64,000 nt of DNA from positions 99,946,001 to 100,010,000 of the forward strand of contig CM052816.1 of assembly GCA_028534125.1 (NCBI GenBank), in the 5' to 3' direction. Within the stretch, counting starts at the first letter, position 1. The number at the start of each line of letters is the position of its first letter. Below the pieces are notes generated by a model. That model had not been told where the DNA came from. It did not search any database and worked only from the letters and a program-made list of their open reading frames with translations. Source of the stretch: Lama glama (taxonomy: Eukaryota). The position numbers and the translations under genes are program-made. This document shows positions 25,231-37,928 of the stretch, piece by piece.

Positions 25231-27224
25231 GACGCATGAAGGAGCTGCAGTCCCCCGCCCCGTTGCCCCGCCCCGCTGCCCGCTTCCCCTCCAGATGCCA
25301 CATTCCCCAGCTAAATGGGCTGGAGTTCCTCGGAGGCGCCGGGCTCTCTGTGCACAGAGCCTGGAAACAGCCGCTGGCTCTCTGAGCTCCAGCGTGTGAG
25401 GACGGCAGCCTGAGTGCTCGGGGGTGCTCGCAGGTCAGGCAGCTCTGCGGCTTCATGAGACGGGGGTCTTCCTGCCATGAGGGGCTCAGAGGGCCGGCAG
25501 GGGCGGGCTGGAGGGCCTGTCTGCACCCCAGCCCTGCTTCCGAGCCTCCTGTTGGGTCCGAGGGAGCATCTGTGACTGTGTACGTCCCGGTTTCTGAATC
25601 CCAGTCCTCTGTTCTGGACTTTCTGTTGAGTATGAAGGAAAGCCTTTTATCTTTTCCTCTACTCAACTTTTGCAGATAAGGTCTGAACCCTTTGGAGAAT
25701 ACAGGACTGAAAAGTGTTAAAATGACCAGTAAACCCTGATCACTGAGAGGTAGGTGTCGCTGGAAACCTAAATTCTACTCGGAGGGCTGGTTGCCACGAG
25801 GCCCCTCACTCCCTCTTCTCTGATCTAAATGATGGAAATCAGCCTGGCCCCGTCACCTTCGTCCCAGATGATGCCAAATATCCTAGCTTTCCAGCGATGT
25901 GCTTCGTGGAGAAATTCAGGGAGCTTCTTTGAACAAGCGCGTTCGTAAAAGTGCAAGCTACCGAAGAATCAAGATTTCAGGAGTCAAAAAATTCAACATC
26001 CACTGTCGACTTGCCTGGAACCAGATCTCGGTTTTGTGGGCTCACTGATTTTTCACAATATTTACTAGAAACATGCACTTTCGACTTATTTTTAAAAGGG
26101 ACTCTGGATCACAACAGAAATGCATCACGTCTCACAAAGTGATGGTTTAGCTTCCGGAAGGAAGGGGCTGCCACCGGGACCCCTGTGCTAATGCCCGTCC
26201 AGAGCCCCACGCGCTTCTGCACAGATGGCTGCTGGTGGCAGTAAGAGGAGCAGCCAGGGCGTCCTGTCACCCCAGTGCCGCCCTCCCCGTTGCGCTCCTC
26301 ACACAGTGCAACTTGGGTCAAGAACTCCAAGTCGAGTCTTTCTGGAGGAATGCTCCGGGGTCAGAATCACCCCAAGTCTCTTCTTTGCCCCAAATAATGA
26401 CGCGGCCCCCAGAATGGGGTTTGCAGCTCTGTCGGGGAGGCCCAGGGAGGATGGGGCAGGCGTCCCTCGCGGCCGGAACTCCAGCCTCCGGGGGCGACTG
26501 GATGGACTGCTCCTACAGACCTGCTCTGAAGCTAAGTTGCAGGCTCGGGGACCCCACATGCACAGCCCCACACACTCTGCAGGAAATGTGCTCACCCCGG
26601 TGCCGGGTCTCGACGTGTTGCAGTCGGGTGTTGGAGCCACAGTCAGTTAAGCCCCTGGGGTGCCCCCGTGTCCCCCGCAGCCTCCCGTCTGAGTGTTCCC
26701 GTGTCGGCTGCTGGGGTCCCGGGGGCCTGGGGAGGAAGGGGTTGAGCTGGGCAGACGGCGGTCTGCTCTTTGTGGGGGGGACTCTCTGTGCTGTGCGTCC
26801 TCCATGTCGAGCTGGGGCTACACGTGACCCAGGTCCCCGGACCCCTGCAGCCTCCCCTGCCGCCTGGCACGCGGACAGCGAGCAGACGAAGGGCAGCGTG
26901 CCCCAGGTGGGGCGGACACCGTGAGAGGGCAGTGGCGACGGGCGGGCGTCAGCCTGTGGTGGGGCGAGGTGGGCGGTTGCCTCAGCCCTGTGTGGAGACC
27001 AGAGGGCCCACAGTCCACTTGGCCGCGCCCGGGAGTGTGCCACGCCTTTGAACTCTTGGGGAATTGCCTGCAGCAGGAGGTAGGGTGGTTCAGGCCTGGG
27101 GACCCTGGGGAAGGTCACGGGGAGAGGACGTGGGGCCGATGGCCGGCGGGACACTGGAGCTGCTGGGGGTCCAGGCGAAGCTGCGTGGGAGCCCTGTGCA
27201 TCATCGGCAGGAAGGAGGAAGAGA

Positions 27225-27530
27225 GTCGTGGGTCCCAGGACTCATACAAATTCACTGAAGCCCTAACCCCCGATGTGATGGTTTTTGGAGGTGAGGCCTT
27301 TGGGCAGTGACTGGGCCTAGGTGCGGTCGTGAGGGTAGAGCCGCCCTGTGGGATTAATGCCCTTCTAGGAAGGGGAGCAGGCTGGAGCCCTCTCCCTGCG
27401 CCCTATGAAGTGCATCTGGGGGAGAATCTGCCGGCACCTTGACCTTGGGGGGGACCTTGGACTTCCAGCTTCCAGAACCAGGAGGCATGACTGTCTCTGT
27501 GGGGCTTTGTGATCACAGCCTGCGCTGTCA
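27225..27530 (+). mobile_element. MaLR LTR, MLT1A-like
   Basis: tgaagccctaacccccgatgtgatggtttttggaggtgaggcctttggg, gggattaatgccctt, gccggcaccttgaccttgg...ggacttccagcttccagaac. Confidence 0.8.
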
Positions 27531-28589
27531 GAGCAGCAGAGAGAGAGGGCGGGCGGAGTGCCGTGGCGGCTCTGGTCACCCTCGGAGGCCAGGGAGGCTT
27601 CCAGGACGGTGCGACCAGAGGGAGCTGGATATTCAGGAGGAGAGCAGGGGCCCCGAGATGCAGACTCCAGGGTGGCTTGGAGCAGTGAGAGGGCAGAGAG
27701 CGGTCCAGCGAGAAGACACCAGACCCCTTCCCCACCCCCCAGCCCTGTCTGTGAAGCTCAAGGTTGGAGCAAACGTGACGTGTGGGAGGAGGGAGACAGG
27801 GCGGTGGGGTGGTCGGGGTGGGAGGAAGGGGCCGTCAGCGCCCTGGAGTCCTGCCCTCTGTCCTCCGCCCAGGGGTCCCAGCCACTCCAGGAGGGGTCTG
27901 CCTTCCCTGACAAATGAGCTGAGAGGAGCTGCAGGTTGGCTGAGCATCCCTGAATAGTCGGCAGTCCACTCAGGAGGGGCCTGGCATCCTCCCCGCCCTG
28001 GACCACTTCCTTCCACCAAAGAGCACTGCTGAGTGTTCAGCCCCCTGCTTGCTGGGGTCCCCTCCCGCCTCAGCTGCCCCTCCTGCTCCTCTGGGGGCCG
28101 GGGGGGCGGCCACTCGGAGCCAGGCCTGCCCACCGCCAGGGCTCCCGGGGATGGCGCACCTCCCAGGTTCCGGGGGGTGGGGGCGCTGTCTGTCAGCCTC
28201 GGGTCAATGAGAAGGAGAGACTTGCTCCGGGAAAGCCTGACAGTGGACCTGCTCAAAGCGTGCGTGTGAGCAGGAGGACCGTTAGGGGACAAGAATGACG
28301 GCGGGGACGGGGATGCAAACCCCAACGCACAAGAGGGAAGATTTCAGGGGAAGGAAAGGACGCGGGCGTTAGACGTGGGCCCCGCGCCGTGCGGGCGTCG
28401 CCCCCCACCCGTGGCCGCGCAAGGACAGGCTGGCCTTGCGCAGGGCCCTGTAACTCTGTTTTGCCGGTTTTCTTCCCAAACCGCAGGCCCCCGCTAGGAC
28501 TTGGGCAGGGAAGATAGCAGAGACCCTTCCCGGGCATTTGTCTGACACCTTCTCTTGGGTTGGGTTCCTCTGCTTCGTTCGCAGAAATG

Positions 28590-29440
28590 CCGTTCTATGT
28601 TAATGACCAGTTAAATACAAATAAAGGAGTTTAAAACAGGCAGATTTTGTACAACTCAGCTGGTTCATTTTGAAGATGCCGGTCTATCAAGCTGTCGTCC
28701 GACCAGAACTTCGGTGAGAGCCCCAAAGCTTATTAAATTGTTCTGACACCCTCCCCTTTGCCCCTTCACTCAAGTTTGAGCCACTCTTGGTTTTCAGGCT
28801 AGGATCTCCGATAGTTAAGTAAATGGGGGGTGGATGCCGCAATCTGGGATTCCAGCCGGTTCCACCCGGGAGAAAGGAGGGGGCCGTGCTGTGAGGCTGG
28901 GAGTTCAGGGGCCCCGGTGGTTGGAATGTTGGTGTCGGTCCGTGGCTGCAGGGAGCAGTGACTCCAGGCTCACTGAATCCTGGAGACCGGCTCCCGGGAC
29001 GTGCCGGCCCGGCAGGGCCCGGAGTCCCTGGCTGGCTTTGCGGGGAGACAGTCTATCAGCAGCCAGGCGGGAGAACAGAGATAATAATGACACGGCGAAA
29101 TAAAAAATGTTATTTATCATGGCTCCAGTGTCACCAACCTGTTATTTTTATTGTTCTTCAGAATAATGGGATTTATTAAGTCCATTTATCCTCAAGTCAC
29201 ATGGAAAACGGTACGTTTCAATGATGAAGAATGTGCCTGCATCTCCCAAACGCACAAGACGCTGAAAATGAGTTACAGAGCCCTTTCCAAGTAAAGCTGT
29301 CTTTCAAAACTTTAAAATGCTGCCCTTCTAAGAGCTCGGCGACTCCCGTGATGGAGCGGTGCTGCAGAGGCAGAGAAGAAAACGGCTCAATTTGGGAAAA
29401 TGTGAAAATTACATGACATCGGTGAAACCCCGGACACAAA
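28590..29440. promoter_or_regulatory. Candidate conserved non-coding elements (two AT-rich blocks, ~28590-28750 and ~29050-29440)
   Basis: gttaatgaccagttaaatacaaataaa, ttattaaattg, gataataatgacacggcgaaataaaaaatgttatttatc, gatttattaagtcc. Confidence 0.5.
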
Positions 29441-31729
29441 ATAAAACGAAACCAGCTGTGGATACAAAACCCTGTGTAGACAGTGGCGGGCCCTTCATCT
29501 CGAAAGTCAAGGAGAGAATTGCCTGCCTTACTGACCGGCGTGCGTTTGGGGCGGAGCCGGAGCCCTGCACCCTTCCCCCGGAGCTGGCTTGTAGGCCACG
29601 GAGTTCGAGGGGTTACCAGGGCCACTGCTGAGGTGGTGCCGACTCTGAGAGTAGGAAGCACGTGGGTGCACCGGGGTCCTGGCAGAGGAGCTTTGCCACG
29701 GCGTAAGAGACGGGGTCCCACTGTCCCGTGATGCAGGCGTCTGCTGCGGGCTTCCGGCCGAGGCAGCCGCTTGATGTCATGAACCCCGCCTGCTGGCAGC
29801 TCAGGCAGCTCAGGATCTCTGAATCCTCCTCTTAGGACAATAGACTCATCGGTGCCCGCCCTCCTGCCTCTAACACACCCCAGCGCCAGGCAGCAGTGCA
29901 GGACCTAAGCCTCCAGCTGTCTCCTCGACTCGAGGGCACGTCTTTCCTGCCCACCCTGTTTGGGGCTCACCGGTGAGCAAGTTGGCAGAAACTCGTGTGG
30001 GCAGGGGGTGCCAGGGATGTGGTTCCGGGGGGCTCTGTGTGACTGCACACGGAGACGCGCACTGCCTTGAGTTACGGCTGTTGGGCAGTCTGAGGACGTC
30101 AGAGACCTTCTGCAGATGGAGCTCAAGCTGAGACCTCTCCGTGGCTGGGATGGGAGTGGTTTAGAGGAGCCCCTGCGGATGAACCCGCAGGCGGGCCTGC
30201 GTCTCCTCCCGGGAGAGCCAGCCGCCTGCCAGTTCACCCGCAGCGGCCACTCTCTGTAGCCCAAGGCGCCTTGGCTGGGGGGTGCCCTCAAGTCCCAATT
30301 AGAAGAAAAACACTGCCTTAGAGAAAACGCAAGATAAATATGACCAGTCTCACTTTAATTAAGTTTGATGGCAAGTTATTCTGCATCCAGGGAAGCCAGA
30401 GCCCATTCCGCCGTGCAGTTTTCAAACCCAAGGCAAGGCTTTCAAGATGACAGGAGAACACAGTCCCCTACATTTGGCCCGGGGTCACCTGGACCGTTCC
30501 TTCAGGCAGTCCACACAGAACGCACACAATCTGTGGCTCCTAAGTGCGCAGACTCCAAATCGGCTTCTTCCCATGATCCCGGCGGCTGAGACCCCCTTCC
30601 TTACTCGGATCCTGGAAATGCTTCCCGTTCTCTAGGGGTGACGTCCAGCGTGTGGAGCAGAGAGCTCTGGGGCCAGGTCCCCCCCTCCCCCCTCCCTGTG
30701 AGTCTGCCATGTGCTTCCCGGGGAGGCTGGAGTGGGGACCAGAGAAGGAGAGAGGGTGCCAGTTCTGAAGGAGGCACGTTCACAGCATTCACTGTCAGGG
30801 AAGAGACGGTTTCAGAGCGATGGCTGATTTCTGAATTAATAATATATATATATAAAATGCACGTATCTTTTCTCTGCTGGGTGTTGGAGGAGACAATCAT
30901 AATTTCTTAATGTCCCAATGGAAATTAGAGTCTTTCTGCAGAAAACACACACACTTACATGCCAGTTGCCTCCGTCTGATTCCAGAGGCACCAGGACGTC
31001 CTGCTCCCACGCAGTGAAGACAGAGCCAGCGTCCAGCAAGGGCCAGGCATGCGGGGGCCGCTCTGGGATCGCTGGCTCCGCAGCAGACACCTGCCACCCT
31101 CCCCATCCTGGGACACAGGCCCTCCTCTCACTTGAGGGGGGAGAGGTGGGTCAGGATAGCAGTGGGGTGGGATGGGGACAGGAGGCCTGGGAGGGGAGGT
31201 GACTCACCCGGAGGCTGCCTGGGGGGAGTGGGAGCAGGCAGAGCAGAGCAGCCCAGGTCCTCCTCCATTCCTATGTTCGGGACCCATCTCGGACGGTCGG
31301 CCCCACCCCTGCCCCGTCCCGCCACCTCCAGCCACCCTTGTGGGCTCTCCAGTTTCCTGCCTGGCCGACCCTGGGGTCCCACCAACACCCGCCTGTGGGC
31401 TGGGTCTGCAGCACCCCCAGCCACACTCCCCTCCTCCAGGCTGCTTTCCAGAACTGCGCCCGAGTCAAGGAACCCAAGGCGCGCAGGAGGGTCCACGGCC
31501 CACCCAGCACGCCCCCAGCTCGGAGGAGCAGAGGGCTTTCTACGTGATGGCTCCTTTGACACACAGATGAACAGCATAGATTGTCCACTCAAGACTCAGT
31601 GTCCAGGCGAGAAGCCTTCGGAAGCCCCATGATCGACCTCGCCTTCTGTTTTTGATAAATGATATTCCTAAGACAACATTTAATAATAACTGTGGAGTCT
31701 TTCTATTTGGGAATTTATCTCTTTGTGTG

Positions 31730-32260
31730 TGTGGCAGGCAGACGTCTCAGATGGCCCCGAGATGTCCCACCACGCCCAAGGCTGCTCCCCCTGGGGGTCC
31801 CCAGGACAGGCACAGGTGGATTCCCCTCTGGTGACGAGGTCGTCACGTGACTGGAAGAGAGGAGGGTGGTCACGGTGGACCTGACCTCATGCCAGGAGCC
31901 CTTGAAAAGTCAGAGCATTTTCTCCAGCTGGTCGCCAGCCAGGAAGCCAGAGGCTCTGAATGTGGGAAGGACTTGCTTCAGGAAGACTCTGCTATGGAAA
32001 GGAGGTGGCATGGAAGGAGCTGAGGTGGCCTTGGGGACAGCCAGCAGCACCTGGGGCTTCTGTCCTGCAGTCACGGGGCTAAATTCCGCCCGTGACGAGG
32101 CTCAGCTTGGAGGCGAATTTTCAGCAGAGCCTTGGGTGTGTGAGGCCAGCCCCCTACTCCGCGACTCCGCAGGGACGCGCCCGGCAGGCTCTGCGCTCGG
32201 AGCCGCGGGTGCCGGCCGGATGCTCCGAGTGACTGCGCACCTGGGGGCTGGCCACTCGGC
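31730..32260 (+). mobile_element. MaLR LTR, MLT1D/E-like, GC-shifted
   Basis: Starts tgtggcaggcagacgtctcagatggcccc; contains ggagcccttgaaaagtcagagcattttctccagctgg and gacagccagcagcacctggggc. Confidence 0.6.
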
Positions 32261-32449
32261 TGCAGACACGGCCCGTGACTGCTGCAGGGGTGCCCTGCGG
32301 CCTGTGGCCGTTACAGGGACATCCCCGAGGTTCGTCAGTCGGTAGAGCAGTGGTGGGCGGAGATGCAGACAAACCCTAGGGACAAATGTGACGTCACTTC
32401 GTGGGCCGCGAGATGGCGGCCTCAGTGCTGTTCACAGGTGCTGCTGGGG

Positions 32450-32570
32450 GGGAAGCTCTGCGCCTCCGTGTTCTCATCCATAAAATGGGACATCGACAGC
32501 GTCTGCTTCACCCGACGTGCTGTCTGTGGAAACGGCTCCAAACCAGCGCTCGGCTGTGATAACCACTGCA
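32450..32570 (+). mobile_element. MIR SINE fragment
   Basis: ctctgcgcctccgtgttctcatccataaaatggga resembles the MIR core ctctgtgcctcagtttcctcatctgtaaaatgggg. Confidence 0.6.
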
Positions 32571-32859
32571 GGGTTTTCTGGGTTATTCTCTGCTTTTATT
32601 CTAGAAGTTTAAAATTGATGTTTTCAAATAAATGTAGGGGCTTTTTTTGTTTGTTTGTTTGTTTGCTGTGTGTGGGTTGGCAGGAGGCTAAAATCTAATT
32701 TATAGATTAGTTTGGGCAGCTTTGTGCTATGTATTCTTCTCATCCAGGAAAATGGACATCTCCCTAGTTACGTAGCTGGACTTCAGTTCCTTTCATGTTT
32801 TGAACATTCTCCTGTATTTCACACTTCTGGCATCACTGGGGCTGAGATCTTTAATTCAC

Positions 32860-33085
32860 TGTATTTTTGACTAATTAGCGATGGCCAGCAGAAGAAAACT
32901 GTATTTTACACATATATTTAGGCACTGAACTTTCTCATGAATGCAAATCCTTTTTTCATTTGACTTCCTTAATTATTCTTGATACCATAACATCAGAAAT
33001 AAATGTTTGGTGAGCTTCCTTGCAATGTCCGACATTAATTTTTACTTCATGTCTGGGTAGGGTGATCATACAATTTATTGGGATA
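32860..33085. promoter_or_regulatory. Candidate conserved non-coding element
   Basis: gactaattag, atgcaaat (octamer), ccttaattatt, acattaatt, caatttattgg. Confidence 0.45.
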
Positions 33086-33396
33086 CTTTTGAGACTGAAG
33101 GAGGTGGAGCTGCTTCCACAGGACAGTCCCCGAGTGGGGGCGTCCTGGGTGGGCAGTGATGATGGTGGTCTGGTGTCACCAGACTGGATGACTTCAGTGA
33201 TTATCTGACGTGTACACATAGGGCTGCACGTGTGGTGAGACGCTGATCACACACACACGGGTATACACGTAAAGATACAGAGGCTGGTATATAGATGTCA
33301 AGTTAAAGAACTTTCTCCTAACTTTTTAAGGCTGTGAAAAAAAGATTTTTAAATTCAAGAACGTTTGCAGAAGTTTGTAGTTGTTTCCAAACAGCT

Positions 33397-33905
33397 TTTT
33401 AAAAACGTTTTTAACTGAGGCATGGTTTGCAATGTTGTGTTCGTTTCGGGCATACAGCACAGTGACTCAGTTTTACAAACATATTCCTTTTCATGTTCTT
33501 TTTCGTTATGGGCTATGACAAGGCATTGAACATAGCTCCCTGTGCCGTGCAGAAGAAACTTGTTGTTTATCTATTTTATATCTAGTAGTTAGTATCTGCA
33601 AATCCCAAACTCCCAATTTATCCCTCCCCACCCCTTTTCCTCCCTGGTAACCCTAAGTTTGCTTTCTGTGTCTGTGAGTCTGTCTCTGTTTTGTAAATAA
33701 GTTCATTTGTGTCATTTTTTAGATTCCACATATGAGTGATCTCATATGGTCTTTTTCTTTCTCTTTCTGACTTACTTCACTTCGAATGACGTTCTCCAGG
33801 TTCATCCATGTTGCTGCAATTGGCATTACTTCATCCTTTTTATGGCTGAGTAGTATTCCATTGTATAAATAAACCACAATTTTATCCAGTCATCTGTCAA
33901 TAGGC
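33397..33905 (-). mobile_element. 5'-truncated LINE-1 3'UTR
   Basis: Colinear with the 22830-23320 copy (tttagattccacatatgagtgat, catccatgttgctgcaa, ttttatggctgagtagtattccattgtataaat, ttatccagtcatctg). Confidence 0.92.
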
Positions 33906-35189
33906 AGTTTTTTTACCCTTCTCTCTAGGGTCAGACACTTTTTGCATCCATGCAGTAAAACTTACCGGTCACAATACAGCATTCTTAAAGCACTGGCAGG
34001 TTAGGTTGCTAGCACTGTATTTAGAACATGTGTATCCTGCTCACAAGGAAAGGTGAGTGAGAGGTCGGGTGAGCATGCCCCGTGTGCGTGTGTGTGGGAT
34101 GTGTACCTGTCAGGTTTTATTTTGTGTGTGCTTGCGTCCTAGAAGAGAACAGAAGAAATTAGCTTCCACCTAAACCTGTTCCTCTCCCTGTGTGATGCAC
34201 CGCAGTGATGTGCTGCGGGTGAGGTCTTGAAGCCTCTAACCCGAGGCTGTGGCTTTCAGCCCACAGGCGTCCTTAGGATGGGACTGTCCCGTGTTTCTGC
34301 AGGACTTTTCTGGAATGCGCTCCAAGCAGCCCTTGATCCCGTGGTTTCTGAAGGAGCCACGCACAGAGAGAAGCTGAATTCACAGGTGCTTCCGGTAACG
34401 AGCGCACGGGCTCCAGGAGCCCTCCTCTGGCGCCTGGGCCGGCACAGGCCGGGGCCGCGTCCGTCTCAGCAGCAGCGATGGGGGACGTCCGCAGAGGGGA
34501 GCGGGCCGCGCGGCGGCGTCCCTTCTCGTGGGAGCCCGGCCCCACTCCTGACGGTCCGAGCGGACACCGGCTGGACGCAGAAGGGCTTTCCTCCCAGGCG
34601 CCCCTGCCGTGTGGCCACTCTCAGGCCTGACCCGTGTCCCTGCTGGGCGCCTGGCCGTCACCCAGGAGTGTCTCGTTCTCACAAACCCACCAGGTTGTTC
34701 CCCGTAGTCAGTGGCCCTGCGGCCATGGCCAGTGGCCCCTGGCACCCTCAGCCTCCCTCTCTGCCCGTCGCCCTGGGCGGGGCTTGTTCCCTCTCGGGCC
34801 CAGCACACTCCTTCACACACCTGAGCCTCCCTGTGCTGGGGTGCGGGCGACCCTCGTGCCGGCGGACCCGTCCTCTCTGAGCACAGGTGGGGTACTGAGC
34901 GCTTTAGAATTTCGAGCCCGTGGCGCAGGGCCCAGAACCTGGGAAGCGTAGCTCTGGGACCACACTGAAGAAATGAGTTACAGGAGGCCCGGTGGCTCTG
35001 CCCGGGGCAGCCGCGGGTTCAGAGCGGAGAGGCGGTGGAGGTGACCGACCTCTGCCCTCTCTGACCCCCTGCAGACACCATGGGCTCTGCTTCCAGGGGC
35101 GCGGCGCCACCGAATCCCAGCCCGGCGCTTCTGTGCCCCAGCCCGCCACGTCTATGAGCTTGGGAGCACACCTGGATCCCAGCACGGCT

Positions 35190-35430
35190 CTGAGCATTAT
35201 TTTCATTAACCACTGAACGGTTATAGGAACTCATTTACCGCAACAGTTTAGGGCCTCAAAGACACAGCCGCGCTTTAGGGATGGCAGAGAAATGTTACTT
35301 ACAAGTCACACTCCACTGTAATTTATCGAAATTTACCCCTGGGTTACTGGAATTGAATGGGAACGTGAGGACAGCGTTTCCAGATTCCTCATTTGCATAT
35401 TTATTGGTGTTTATCAACAGACCTGACGCT
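35190..35430. promoter_or_regulatory. Candidate conserved non-coding element
   Basis: cattatttttcattaac, tgtaatttatcg and ctcatttgcatatttattgg (octamer) within GC-rich surroundings. Confidence 0.4.
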
Positions 35431-37351
35431 CGCCTGTCTTTCCCGCGCCACCTCCCTGCCTCCTGGCCACTCTCCGCGGTCACCGCGATGGGCTCACTAA
35501 GCCCCACTGTGCACCAGGCACTCGACTAGCCACGGGGTGTAGTGGGCCCCGGACCTGCCCTCCAGGCGTCGTGTGTTGGGGAGAAGGTGGGCAGGGAAAG
35601 GGGCCTTGGGGTTATGTGGGGTGTCTATGCTGGGCCCCCCGCATCTCCTGCCTCACCCATCCCCCGGGGAAGATCAAAGACGTAGTAAACAGGGCTGCTT
35701 TCAGGGCAGGCAGAGCACTGGACACGGCAGGGGCCAGGCCAGGCTGGACTTCCCTGAGGGGCCCACAGAGGCCTCAGTGGCCACCAGCTCTGTGCTGACA
35801 CCCCCAGACCCATGCAGCAGGTCGGACAGCCCAGAGAGTGGCTGCCTTTCCCCCTTACCCCCAATGCCCTGCTGCTCCCCCCAGCTCAGGGCTGGGTGTC
35901 TCTCTGGGGAAGTGCAGGTTTCCCTTGGAGCCGGACCACACCTGGGGACACCTCCAGTGGTCTTGGTGGTCAGCGGGTTCAGGGAGCTGGGCGTGACCCA
36001 CTTGCTGTGGCCGTGAGCCCCCTGGGCTGGTCTCTGAGTAGAGGCCAGAGATGGTCCCTAGACTGGGTGGGTGCCAGCAGTGTGGCGCAGGTGGGCCGGG
36101 GGCAGGTGGGCCTGGAGGGGAGCGAAGGTATGGCCGTCGGGGCATCAGCCCTGTGCCCTCCGACAGGCTGTGCGCAGTGGCCAGTGCCGGGTCTGGCTGA
36201 CCACTCTGGTCGAACTGGGCAAGTCCCCCCTTGAGACTCTCAGGACTCTGTCCGTGGAGCCCACCCCAAAGGGGCTGAGTGGCAGTGGAGCAGTGGGCGT
36301 CCCTCGAGAGCAGAAGCAGTGGGACTAAGGTGGGACAGCCACCCCGTTTGAGGCGGGACGGAGGAACCAGCCTCGAGAGCTGACACCCCCAGCGCCACGT
36401 CTGACCAGGCTGAGGCCGGGGACACCGTGACGGGGCTGGGGGGTCAGTGCAGGAGGAGGGAGGCTGGGCGGCCGAGCAGCAGCCTCGGGTCGTGACGCGG
36501 TGGAGGAGGAGACTGTGCATGTCTGCCCAAGTGTGTGCTCCGTGCTGTCGGAGACCGGCTCAGCCCCTTAACCTCCTAACCTCATGAGGAGCCGTCGGTG
36601 ATGAGAGGGAGGCTGTCCCCAGCCGATCCCTGTGAGATGGGCCTCCACGTACTCACATGCCCAGACTGACGGGCCCACAAGCTGCTCCAGCATCTGATTC
36701 TTGGGTCCAGTTAAACGTGGTCCATTACTCTGAGTCCTGCCCAACTGGCAGTAGCCAGCACACTCGTTCCCGAGAGAGTTGGGCGGGCATCGTGGGGAGG
36801 GCAGCATGCTGCCTGCAGGAGAGAAGCCTTTGGGGTCATGGGTCAGCAGGGCCCCTGAGATCCCGGGTCAGCCTCTGCGTCATCCCGGAAGTCGGAAAGT
36901 CACTGGGAAGTCTAGGCCCCATCTCACTTAGTGGTGAGAAGAGCTTTGGGCTGGGTGATGTGAAACCCCAGGCCTCACACCACAGGACTCTCAGCAGTGC
37001 TCTACGGGGACCCTCGGGCTCGAGGGCAGATCTGAGCCCTCACAGGGCCTAGGGTGGGCGGGAGAGCGGAGCGAGGAGCTCACTCGGGAAGCGGGGCTCT
37101 TGCTCGTGGAGCAGGCATTCCAGGGTGGGGGTGGGGGTCCTGAGATGGAAGCATCTGGAAGCAAAGGACAGTGCAGGAAGGGCTGGGTGGGCTGGGGCTT
37201 GGTCCTCGCTTACCACGGCGCCCGCCTAAACACAGGGAGAGACGAAAGGTGAAACATACTCACTTTCTGTCTGATGCGGGCTTCCACGCTGCTGGGCAGA
37301 GTAGCAGACGGAAGCCCCTTTCCCCTTTCCTCAGCTCCTCTGCTGAGGATC

Positions 37352-37428
37352 CCCCCCAGCCCACCCCTCCCTGCTCACTCCCCCCAGCCCACCCCTCCCT
37401 GCTCACTCCCCCCAGCCCACCCCTCCCT
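37352..37428. repeat. 28-bp C-rich minisatellite (ccccccagcccacccctccctgctcact)n, truncated by the gap
   Basis: About 2.75 exact copies running directly into the N gap. Confidence 0.92.
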
Positions 37429-37928
37429 NNNNNNNNNNNNNNNNNNNNNNNNNNNNNNNNNNNNNNNNNNNNNNNNNNNNNNNNNNNNNNNNNNNNNNNN
37501 NNNNNNNNNNNNNNNNNNNNNNNNNNNNNNNNNNNNNNNNNNNNNNNNNNNNNNNNNNNNNNNNNNNNNNNNNNNNNNNNNNNNNNNNNNNNNNNNNNNN
37601 NNNNNNNNNNNNNNNNNNNNNNNNNNNNNNNNNNNNNNNNNNNNNNNNNNNNNNNNNNNNNNNNNNNNNNNNNNNNNNNNNNNNNNNNNNNNNNNNNNNN
37701 NNNNNNNNNNNNNNNNNNNNNNNNNNNNNNNNNNNNNNNNNNNNNNNNNNNNNNNNNNNNNNNNNNNNNNNNNNNNNNNNNNNNNNNNNNNNNNNNNNNN
37801 NNNNNNNNNNNNNNNNNNNNNNNNNNNNNNNNNNNNNNNNNNNNNNNNNNNNNNNNNNNNNNNNNNNNNNNNNNNNNNNNNNNNNNNNNNNNNNNNNNNN
37901 NNNNNNNNNNNNNNNNNNNNNNNNNNNN
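37429..37928. other. Assembly gap (exactly 500 N)
   Basis: Run of 500 n; the round size suggests a fixed-length scaffolding spacer. Confidence 0.99.

Noticed and set aside
26235..28325. Several 170-230 aa ORFs
   Set aside because: Low-complexity P/G/R/A composition, overlapping in multiple frames, partly within an LTR.
37352..37428. 28-bp direct repeats as a CRISPR array
   Set aside because: Head-to-tail copies with no spacers, in eukaryotic DNA; this is a minisatellite.
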